Positions 55,686-62,915 of a DNA stretch of 64,000 bases are shown in pieces. The notes under the pieces are model-generated. The model worked only from the letters and a program-made list of their open reading frames with translations, was not told where the DNA came from and made no database searches. Each line of letters starts with the position of its first letter. Position 1 is the first letter of the stretch. Origin of the DNA: Bacteroidales bacterium (GTDB lineage: Bacteria > Bacteroidota > Bacteroidia > Bacteroidales > UBA3824); the NCBI GenBank assembly GCA_017412115.1, contig JAFPYR010000021.1:68644-132643 (forward strand). The letters are read 5' to 3'. The translations under genes and the position numbers were made by a program.

Positions 55686-56555
55686 ATGTCGAAATACCTT
55701 GACCCGAAGGCGGATTTGACCTTCAAAAAAGTGTTCGGAGAACATCTGAACCTTGTTTTAAGCCTTTTGAACGCATTGTTGCCGTTACCTGAGGGCATGG
55801 AAATAAAAACAGTGGAATATCTTTCGCCGGAAAACATTCCTGAAAATCCTGGCAAAAAATATTCTATCGTTGACGTGTATTGTACTGACAATCACGGCAG
55901 ACATTTTATCGTAGAAATGCAGTCGTATTGGAATACGGAATTTTTTTCGCGGACTTTATTCAATGCGGCTTCAATGTATGCCAAACAGTTAGAAAAAGGC
56001 AAGAGTTTTGGCGAGTTGAAAGATGTTTACGCTTTGTGCTTGGTAAATGATGTTAAGGCGTTTCCCGAATATGGCAAAGAGTATATTCAAGAATATTATT
56101 TGACAAACAAAAATCACACTGCCGACAAACATACTGATTTGTCGATGGTTTTTATAGTTTTGCCGAATTATACGCCTCAAAACCGTGCCGAAAAAAAAAT
56201 GCACGATTTATGGTTAAGGTTTTTAACTGAAATTGACGAAAATACCGACGATGCCGACCCCGAACTTTTGGCGAATAAAGAAACGTCAGAGGCTTTGGAA
56301 TTGTTAAGACGTTCAGCGTTTACACCCGGCGAATTGTTGGCATACAATCAGTATTGGCTTAATATCAGCACAGAAAAGTCGGCAATGGAGCGTGAGCGCA
56401 AAGAAGGAGAACAAATCGGTTTTGAAAAAGGCCGAGCGGAAGGCGAAAAGTCCAAAGCAGTTGAGATTGCTCGTAACTTTAAAAAAGCCGGTATTGACAT
56501 CAACGTTATTGCAGAAAACACCGGTCTTTCAGCCAACGAAATTTCAAAATTGTAA
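55686..56555 (+). CDS. Rpn-family / PD-(D/E)XK nuclease 'putative transposase' protein
   Basis: N-terminus YLDPKADLTFKKVFGEH...YSIVDVYCTDNHGRHFIVEMQ (D...E.Q nuclease core), characteristic of the PDDEXK_2 / YhgA-like family. Confidence 0.8.
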   Translation: MSKYLDPKADLTFKKVFGEHLNLVLSLLNALLPLPEGMEIKTVEYLSPENIPENPGKKYSIVDVYCTDNHGRHFIVEMQSYWNTEFFSRTLFNAASMYAKQLEKGKSFGELKDVYALCLVNDVKAFPEYGKEYIQEYYLTNKNHTADKHTDLSMVFIVLPNYTPQNRAEKKMHDLWLRFLTEIDENTDDADPELLANKETSEALELLRRSAFTPGELLAYNQYWLNISTEKSAMERERKEGEQIGFEKGRAEGEKSKAVEIARNFKKAGIDINVIAENTGLSANEISKL

Positions 56556-56652
56556 TTTTTTTATGGAATTTTTGTTTTTCCTACTCCAATAGAAAAACAA
56601 CGAACAAAAATGCAAAAAAGTCAAGTAAATAATACATTATAAAAGTCAAGTA

Positions 56653-56661
56653 GGGGGGGGG
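56653..56661. repeat. G9 homopolymer tract next to a direct repeat AAAGTCAAGTA x2
   Basis: TAGGGGGGGGGAAAAG read directly. Only long G run noticed in this AT-rich window. Confidence 0.8.
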
Positions 56662-56706
56662 AAAAGTCCTTTCTACTTTACTTCGATTTGAAATGATAAT
56701 TTCTTG

Positions 56707-56753
56707 TCCCTTGTGGAGAGTGTAAAAAAGCACTCTCCACAAGGGATTTTTTT
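56707..56753 (+). terminator. strong rho-independent terminator
   Basis: TCCCTTGTGGAGAGTG-TAAAAAA-GCACTCTCCACAAGGGA followed by T7. Confidence 0.8.
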
Positions 56754-56776
56754 GTTTTATAAAATAAAAATAACAA

Positions 56777-58039
56777 ATGAAAAAGTTAAATTTTTTATTG
56801 TTAAGTGCATTAGTATTTGCGCTAACATTTTTTTCGTGCAACAAGCACGACGATGACAAAACCGAACCCGAAAAAACGCAGGTTGAAAACAACAATTCGG
56901 GCAACACTGAAGTTACACCCGAAAAAGTAACAGTAGCTTTCAATATTTCCGGCGGAACGGGTGCAGTTGAATCTCAAACCGTTGAAAAAGGCACAAAAAT
57001 CACCTTGCCCTCAGGCGAAGGTATTACAAAAGAGGGTTACAAGTTTTTGGGGTGGAATTTAAAAGAAAACGGAGAAATCATTTCAGAATACACCGTAACC
57101 GAAAAGGAAGTAACACTTTTTGCTGTATGGGTACAAACGTTTACCGTAGAATTTGATACCGACAAAGGAACGGGTGAATTTGCTGCACAGACAATCGAAA
57201 AAGGTAAGACGGCAACAGAACCTGAAACCAAACCATCAAAAGGAGGTTTTAAGTTTTTAGGTTGGTATGATGGTGACACGGAGTTTGATTTTTCAAGCCC
57301 GATAACAACAGAAATTACTTTGAAAGCAAAGTATGAGTATGCCAAGTTTTCAGTAGCCGAGGGCAAACAAGTTGCTTTTAGCGGTGGCAATTTGCAGTAC
57401 CACTGCAAAAACGGAACTTGGCGTTTTGCCCCGAATCAATACGACCTTATCGGAGATGCTAACCAAAACATCTCTGCAGATTACGACGGTTATATTGACC
57501 TCTTTGGATGGGGAACATGGCTTGATGGAGGCAATCCTATAAACAACAGCGAAATAAACAGCGATTACACTTGGAACAATACCAAAAAGTCTGCTATTGA
57601 TAAAGAAGGTGAAGAATGGGTAACACTAACCAAAGACGAGTGGGTATATTTAGAAGACCATAGCGTAATTGGTGTAGCCGCAGTTGACGGTAAACAAGGT
57701 TTGGTAATATTGCCTGATGATTGGACATTACCTAATGGCGTTACATTCAATAGTGGTTTTGCAGACAACTATGGTGCAGACTATTATCAAGAAAAAAACA
57801 ATTACACTACAAACCAATGGGAGAGTATGGAGGCTAACGGTGCGGTGTTTCTTCCCGCTGCCGGCCGCCGCTACGGCTCTGACGTGGTCGGTGTCGGAGG
57901 CTGCGGCCGCTACTGGTCGGCTACGGCTGGCGGCTCCGAGAACGCGTGCTACTTGTACTTCTCCTCGGACATCGCGGATTGGGGCAACGACAACCGTTAC
58001 TTCGGGAATTCGGTTCGGTTGGTGCGGGTTTTGCAGTAG
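56777..58039 (+). CDS. surface lipoprotein: two Listeria-Bacteroides (InlB B-type) repeats + C-terminal FISUMP/DUF1566-like lectin-fold domain
   Basis: Lipobox FFSC; repeats ...EGYKFLGWNLKENGE...FAVW and ...GGFKFLGWYDGDTEFDF...; C-terminus AVFLPAAGRRYG...GRYWSA...RYFGNSVRLVRV. Confidence 0.75.
   Translation: MKKLNFLLLSALVFALTFFSCNKHDDDKTEPEKTQVENNNSGNTEVTPEKVTVAFNISGGTGAVESQTVEKGTKITLPSGEGITKEGYKFLGWNLKENGEIISEYTVTEKEVTLFAVWVQTFTVEFDTDKGTGEFAAQTIEKGKTATEPETKPSKGGFKFLGWYDGDTEFDFSSPITTEITLKAKYEYAKFSVAEGKQVAFSGGNLQYHCKNGTWRFAPNQYDLIGDANQNISADYDGYIDLFGWGTWLDGGNPINNSEINSDYTWNNTKKSAIDKEGEEWVTLTKDEWVYLEDHSVIGVAAVDGKQGLVILPDDWTLPNGVTFNSGFADNYGADYYQEKNNYTTNQWESMEANGAVFLPAAGRRYGSDVVGVGGCGRYWSATAGGSENACYLYFSSDIADWGNDNRYFGNSVRLVRVLQ
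57841..58036 (+). other. A-depleted GC-rich 3' cassette (candidate DGR variable region)
   Basis: Hand counts: ~22 A in 196 nt, and 81 G+C in 120 nt for 57841-57960. The preceding 120 nt of the same gene has 44 A. Confidence 0.5.
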
Positions 58040-58078
58040 TTACCGAGTTCTGTCTTGACAGAAGAAAAAAAAATAATC

Positions 58079-58108
58079 AGCCCACCGATTTTTTCGGTGG
58101 GCTTTTTT
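58079..58108 (+). terminator. rho-independent terminator
   Basis: AGCCCACCGA-TTTTT-TCGGTGGGCT followed by TTTTT. Confidence 0.8.
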
Positions 58109-58165
58109 GTGAAATTGATAAAAAAAATTACCTTTGCCAATAAAATTATAAAGCAAACATAAACC

Positions 58166-58267
58166 ATGCAGTATTACGACCCAAAAACCGACGTTGTTTT
58201 CAAGAAAATTTTTGCTACACATCTTAGCCTTTTAAAAGTGTTTTTCGCATCAGAAATACATTCTTAA
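58166..58267 (+). pseudogene. 5' remnant of a second Rpn/PD-(D/E)XK transposase-like gene
   Basis: Hand-translated MQYYDPKTDVVFKKIFATHLSLLKVFFASEIHS*. Its first ~23 codons align with MSKYLDPKADLTFKKVFGEHLNLV of 55686. It has its own TACCTTTG box at 58129-58136 and is cut off next to the MBL gene 3' end. Confidence 0.55.
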
Positions 58268-58294
58268 AAGGCAATTTTTAGTTTATAATTTTTC

Positions 58295-59161
58295 TTAATA
58301 TGGTAGGTGCATACCGCAGATTATGAGATTGTTAGATTTTGCTAATTCCAAAATTCTCTTGCGTGAAGCGATGGCTTTTTCTTTGTCACCGTCAAAATTT
58401 GCACAATATTCAGGATGCGGCAACTGCAAAGCAGCAGCGTGCATTAAATCTCCGATTATCAACAAATTGCCTTTTTGAAAAACTGTATGACCCGGTGTAT
58501 GTCCAACAGCGTCAATAGCAAGGACATCTTCGGGAAGTTTGTCACCAAAGTTGAAAACATGAATTTTGTCGCCGTATTGCTCAAACATTTGTACTGCTAA
58601 ATCTTGTTTGCCAAGGTCTGACTCTTTTTCTAGACGCGAAACATACACTTCGGCATTAACAAAAACTTTCTTGCCCTCAGCAGTCAGCATTCCGCCAATA
58701 TGGTCGCCGTGAAAATGTGTAATACACACATAATCAATTTGTTCCGGAGTTACGCCAATTTTAGAAAGTTCATCCAAAAGTTGCCCGTTAGCCTTCTGAC
58801 CAAGCCCCGAATCAAACAGAATATTTTTGCCGTTAACCTTTATCAGATAGGCACTTATCGACGAGGGCATACCATCGGGCATATTAACCTCTTTTTTAAC
58901 GTCGTCGGCAACATTTCCAAACAAGTCAAACGGAAATTTGTGGTCGCCGTTGTTGTCTTTAAGCCAGTAGACAGTGAAACCGTCAAACGCCTTTTCTTTG
59001 CTGTCAAGAAACTTGTAATCAGATTGTTGTGCCGATTTGTCGCAACATTGAGCGCTTACCTGATTGTCGCATTGAGGATTGTTTTGAGCACTATTTTTGG
59101 CATTGTTGCCACAGCCCGCAGCAATCAAAGCCGCACACGAGAATAATAAAAAATTGTTCAT
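58295..59161 (-). CDS. MBL-fold metallo-hydrolase lipoprotein
   Basis: Lipobox AAGC; HFHGDHIGG zinc motif; later GHTPGH and DLMH. Confidence 0.85.
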   Translation of the reverse strand: MNNFLLFSCAALIAAGCGNNAKNSAQNNPQCDNQVSAQCCDKSAQQSDYKFLDSKEKAFDGFTVYWLKDNNGDHKFPFDLFGNVADDVKKEVNMPDGMPSSISAYLIKVNGKNILFDSGLGQKANGQLLDELSKIGVTPEQIDYVCITHFHGDHIGGMLTAEGKKVFVNAEVYVSRLEKESDLGKQDLAVQMFEQYGDKIHVFNFGDKLPEDVLAIDAVGHTPGHTVFQKGNLLIIGDLMHAAALQLPHPEYCANFDGDKEKAIASRKRILELAKSNNLIICGMHLPY

Positions 59162-59251
59162 TTGAAATTGATTTTAATGATGATTAAACATTGCTTAGAC
59201 TTTAAAAATTAACAAAAGTAAAAAGATATTCAATATTTTCTCAAAAATATT

Positions 59252-59259
59252 TATCTTTG
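59252..59259 (+). promoter_or_regulatory. -7 box TATCTTTG for hemC-D-B-L
   Basis: 21 nt upstream of ATG 59280. Confidence 0.45.
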
Positions 59260-59279
59260 CACCACGAAACATTAAGATT

Positions 59280-59933
59280 ATGAACGTTAACAATACAATC
59301 CGCATAATAGCCCGCGAGAGTCGTCTCTCAAAAATTCAAGTGGAGGAATTTATAAAAAAATTCCCTGAATTAAAATTTTCAGTAGAATATATTTCGTCGT
59401 TTGGCGACAAGAACCAAAAAATTTCTCTACTTAACGGCGAAGCACCCGACGATATGTTTACCCGCGAACTTGACGAGGCAATCATAGAAAACCGTGCTGA
59501 CATTGCAGTTCATTCGGCAAAAGATTTACCGCAAACGCTTAATCCGAAGATTCAGTTAGCGGCTCTGTATGAGGCTTTTGACAAAACTGACTCACTTGTT
59601 AGCCGTGATAATTTGAAACTTTCGGAACTTCCCGCCGGCAGCAAAATCGGCACAAGTTCGCCGCTTAGAAAAAAAGAAATTCTTTCGCTCCGTCCCGACC
59701 TCGAAATTGTTGGTATACGCGGCTGTATCGAAGACCGTGTAAATCAAGTACGTAGCGGGAAAATCGATGCGGCAATCGTTGCAACGTGCGCTCTCAAACG
59801 CCTTGGAATGGAAAACGAAATCGCTGAAATCTTGCCTTTTGAAACGCACCCAATGCAAGGACGTTTGGCGGTAACATGCAGAAAAGACGATAATTACATT
59901 TGCGAACTTCTTAAAAAAGGTTCGATATTATGA
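59280..59933 (+). CDS. hemC: hydroxymethylbilane synthase homolog, domains 1-2 only (217 aa)
   Basis: IRIIARESRLSKIQ, ADIAVHSAKDLP, IGTSSPLRKKE, RGCIEDRVNQV...DAAIVATCALKRLG and GRLAVTCRKDD align with HemC motifs. The ORF stops where domain 3 should begin. Confidence 0.75.
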   Translation: MNVNNTIRIIARESRLSKIQVEEFIKKFPELKFSVEYISSFGDKNQKISLLNGEAPDDMFTRELDEAIIENRADIAVHSAKDLPQTLNPKIQLAALYEAFDKTDSLVSRDNLKLSELPAGSKIGTSSPLRKKEILSLRPDLEIVGIRGCIEDRVNQVRSGKIDAAIVATCALKRLGMENEIAEILPFETHPMQGRLAVTCRKDDNYICELLKKGSIL

Positions 59934-60535
59934 CGGTGCTTTATACGGGCGCAGTTTGTCCAAATTCGTCATATATCCATACACCGTTAATCGAGATTGA
60001 CAAAGTGGACGATGATACGCTGCTACGTTCTGCTACTAATCGTCTACAAGAATTTGATTATCTGCTCTTTACAAGTCGTTTTGCTGTAAAATATTGGATG
60101 CTTTCAGGCGGAGGATTTGATATTAAAAAAATAGTGTCGATAGGCGAAAAAACGAGTGAGGCCTTACGAAAGGCTGGTGTTAAAAATATAAATCAAACAT
60201 TAAAAGACGATTCTTTCGGCGTGATTGATTGGTTTTCTATGCAGAAAAAAGGACGAGTTCTGATTCCACGCAGCAATATAGCATTACCGATAATTCCGGA
60301 AGGTTTAAAGTCGTTAGGTTTTGACGTTGAAACAGTTACAGCATATATCAACCGTATGCCCGAAAATCCCCAAAAAGTTAATCTTGATAATATCGACAAA
60401 ATTATTTTCACCTCGCCAAGTACGGTTGATAATTTTTTGAAACTTTACGGCGCTATTCCCCGTTATAAAGAATTGGTAACAAGAGGCGTGGTGACGCAAA
60501 AAAGATTGGAGGAGTATTTTACGAAAAATTCTTGA
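59930..60535 (+). CDS. hemD: uroporphyrinogen-III synthase
   Basis: ATGA overlap with hemC. Two-lobed HemD pattern (LLFTSRFAVKYW ... IIFTSPSTVDNFL). Confidence 0.7.
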   Translation: MTVLYTGAVCPNSSYIHTPLIEIDKVDDDTLLRSATNRLQEFDYLLFTSRFAVKYWMLSGGGFDIKKIVSIGEKTSEALRKAGVKNINQTLKDDSFGVIDWFSMQKKGRVLIPRSNIALPIIPEGLKSLGFDVETVTAYINRMPENPQKVNLDNIDKIIFTSPSTVDNFLKLYGAIPRYKELVTRGVVTQKRLEEYFTKNS

Positions 60536-60555
60536 ATAGTTTTCAAATTATTTGG

Positions 60556-60563
60556 TAATTTTG
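60556..60563 (+). promoter_or_regulatory. internal -7 box TAATTTTG ahead of hemB
   Basis: Lies within the TTG-initiated extension of track ORF 60552. Supports ATG 60585 as the hemB start. Confidence 0.35.
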
Positions 60564-60584
60564 CAGAAAAATATTTTTTACGAT

Positions 60585-61571
60585 ATGGAATTGAAGTCAT
60601 TCAAAAGATTTAGGATTTTCCGTGTATCTCAGGAGACACGCGACAAATATGCCGACATTAAAGTAGAGGCAGAAGATTTTATTTACCCGTATTTCGTGGT
60701 TGAAGGCAGCAACGTTAAAGACGAAATTTCAACAATGCCGGGAATTTTCAGGTTTTCAATTGATACACTCGTTGAAGACGTTAAAGAAATCAAAGCGTTA
60801 GGAATCAACAAAGTATTGCTTTTCGGCGTTATTCCCGACAGCGAAAAAGACGAACGTGGCTCTAAGGCTTACGATGAAAACGCACTTGTTTGCCGTGCCG
60901 TTAAAGCGATAAAAAATGCAGTTCCCGATATGATTGTGATTACCGACGTCTGCCTTTGCGAATATACAAGTCATGGACACTGCGGACTTCTTTGCAATCA
61001 TGACGTGGACAACGACAGCACATTGCCGCTACTTGCAGAAATGGCCTACGTTCACGCCAAAGCAGGTGCAGATTTTGTTGCGCCGTCGGCTATGATGGAC
61101 GGTCAGATTGCCGCTCTTGACGCACGTTTGAAAGAAGGCGGTTTGAGGGACAAATGCAAAATTCTCGCTTATTCAGCCAAATATGCTTCGGCTTTTTACG
61201 GACCGTTCCGTGATGCAGCCGATTCTGCACCGTCGTTCGGCGACAGAAAAACCTATCAAATGGACTTCCGCACTCACGACCAAGGTTTGGAAGAAATAGC
61301 CGCCGACATCGAAGAAGGTGCTGACTGGACAATGGTAAAACCCGCAATGCCTTATCTTGACATGATTGCACGCGGCGTTGAAAAATACCCGAACGTCCCG
61401 ATGGTGGCTTATCAAGTCAGCGGAGAATATTCGATGCTGAAAGCAGCCGCAAAACTGAACTATTTGGACGAGAAACGCACTGTTTTTGAGAGTCTTATCG
61501 CAATCAAAAGAGCCGGCGCAAAATATATTATTTCGTATTACGCAAAAGAATACATGCAAAAATGGGCATAA
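60585..61571 (+). CDS. hemB: porphobilinogen synthase (delta-aminolevulinate dehydratase), Zn type
   Basis: Cys-rich zinc site DVCLCEYTSHGHCG; active-site region VKPAMPYLD; AYQVSGEYSM. Confidence 0.9.
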   Translation: MELKSFKRFRIFRVSQETRDKYADIKVEAEDFIYPYFVVEGSNVKDEISTMPGIFRFSIDTLVEDVKEIKALGINKVLLFGVIPDSEKDERGSKAYDENALVCRAVKAIKNAVPDMIVITDVCLCEYTSHGHCGLLCNHDVDNDSTLPLLAEMAYVHAKAGADFVAPSAMMDGQIAALDARLKEGGLRDKCKILAYSAKYASAFYGPFRDAADSAPSFGDRKTYQMDFRTHDQGLEEIAADIEEGADWTMVKPAMPYLDMIARGVEKYPNVPMVAYQVSGEYSMLKAAAKLNYLDEKRTVFESLIAIKRAGAKYIISYYAKEYMQKWA

Positions 61572-62839
61572 ATCAAAGACCTTTATCTCTGGCAGCATAC
61601 GAAAGGGCTTGTCAGGTAATTCCGGGCGGTGTTAATAGTCCCGTCCGTGCGCTGAAAAGTGTCGGCACAACTCCGCTTTTTGTCAAAGATGCAAAAGGTG
61701 CATATTTCAACGACATTGACGGCAACAAATTTGTAGATTTTTGTATGTCGTGGGGAGTTTTTATCCTCGGACATAACAATTCAGAAGTGTCAAATGCTGC
61801 AATCAAGGCGGTTCTTAACGGCAGCAGTTACGGTATACCTTGCGAGGCGGAGACACTTTTAGCGGAAAAAGTGCGTGAAGCGTTTCCGTCGATGGAACGT
61901 TTGAGGTTTGTTAACAGCGGCACTGAGGCGACAATGTCGGCAATTCGTGTTGCACGTGGCTATACTGGTAGGGACATTTTAGTAAAGTTTGAAGGCAATT
62001 ATCACGGACATGCTGACCATCTTTTGGTTTCGGCGGGCTCTGGCGTGGCAAACATTAGCAACGCATCGTCGGCAGGCGTTCCTTCTGATTTTGTGAAACA
62101 TACTGCTGTTTTGCCTTACAACGATGTTGAGGCTCTCAAAAAATATTTTGACGAAAACGGCGACAAAGTTGCGGCACTTATCATAGAACCTGTTGCCTGC
62201 AACATGGGCGTTGTGCCGCCGAGTGAGGAATTTTTGAAATTAACCCGCGAGGTTACACAAAAGCACGGCGCGGTATTGATTTTTGACGAGGTGATAACAG
62301 GTTTCAGACTTTCATACGGCGGAGCGCAGCAACGTTTTGGCATTAAACCCGATATGACAACGGTTGGAAAAATTGTCGGCGGCGGTTATCCTGCGGCGGC
62401 CTTTGGCGGAAGAGCCGACATTATGAAATGTCTTGCACCGGAAGGTCCTGTTTATCAGGCAGGAACGCTCAGCGGAAATCCCGTAGCAATGGCGGCAGGT
62501 CTTGCAACGCTAAATATTCTCAGCAACAAAAAAGTTTATGAAGACCTTGAAAAACGCAGCGACAGTTTTATCGCCCGCCTGAAAAAAATAATTGACGGCA
62601 AAGGCATTCAACTCAACCGTTGCGGCACGATGTTCACGCTGTTTTTCAATGAGAATCCCGTGCGTAATTTTCAGGACACAAAACGCAGTAATCAGGAGAA
62701 ATTTGCAAAATATTTTCGCAATATGCTTTCACGCGGCATTTACGTCAGTCCGTCGCAGTTTGAGGGAAACTTTATTTCAGTTTGTCATACCGACGAGGTT
62801 CTGGAAAAAGTTTTGAAAGCGATAGAAGAAAGTATTTAA
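61562..62839 (+). CDS. hemL: glutamate-1-semialdehyde 2,1-aminomutase
   Basis: IPGGVNSPVRA; FDEVITGFR; PLP-lysine region TTVGKIVGGG. Confidence 0.9.
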   Translation: MGINQRPLSLAAYERACQVIPGGVNSPVRALKSVGTTPLFVKDAKGAYFNDIDGNKFVDFCMSWGVFILGHNNSEVSNAAIKAVLNGSSYGIPCEAETLLAEKVREAFPSMERLRFVNSGTEATMSAIRVARGYTGRDILVKFEGNYHGHADHLLVSAGSGVANISNASSAGVPSDFVKHTAVLPYNDVEALKKYFDENGDKVAALIIEPVACNMGVVPPSEEFLKLTREVTQKHGAVLIFDEVITGFRLSYGGAQQRFGIKPDMTTVGKIVGGGYPAAAFGGRADIMKCLAPEGPVYQAGTLSGNPVAMAAGLATLNILSNKKVYEDLEKRSDSFIARLKKIIDGKGIQLNRCGTMFTLFFNENPVRNFQDTKRSNQEKFAKYFRNMLSRGIYVSPSQFEGNFISVCHTDEVLEKVLKAIEESI

Positions 62840-62860
62840 GAGAAATAAATTAAAAATTGA

Positions 62861-62905
62861 AATAATGGGGCAAATTCTATGATATTTGTCCCATTATTTG
62901 TTTTA
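62861..62905. terminator. bidirectional terminator hairpin
   Basis: AATAATGGGGCAAAT-loop-ATTTGTCCCATTATT (one mismatch), then TGTTTT, between convergent genes. Confidence 0.6.
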
Positions 62906-62915
62906 AAAAAAATCA

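Noticed and set aside
57717-58143. Alternative-frame ORFs (113 aa and 65 aa) overlapping the 3' end of the lipoprotein gene
   Set aside because: They are a by-product of stop-codon scarcity in the A-poor GC-rich segment. Their products are Arg/Ala/Thr-rich low complexity, and the lipoprotein frame has clear domain homology.
55686-59161. Reverse transcriptase or template repeat for the putative DGR within the insert
   Set aside because: None of the ORFs has RT motifs (no YxDD-type block seen), and I found no second copy of the 57850-58036 segment in the window. The DGR idea is therefore reported only as an orphan-VR hypothesis.
59900-59960. hemC truncated by a frameshift (pseudogene)
   Set aside because: The stop overlaps the hemD ATG in a typical ATGA coupling, and the HemD sequence starts at once. 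By eye, no frame downstream encodes a HemC domain 3. Kept as a genuine short form pending resequencing.
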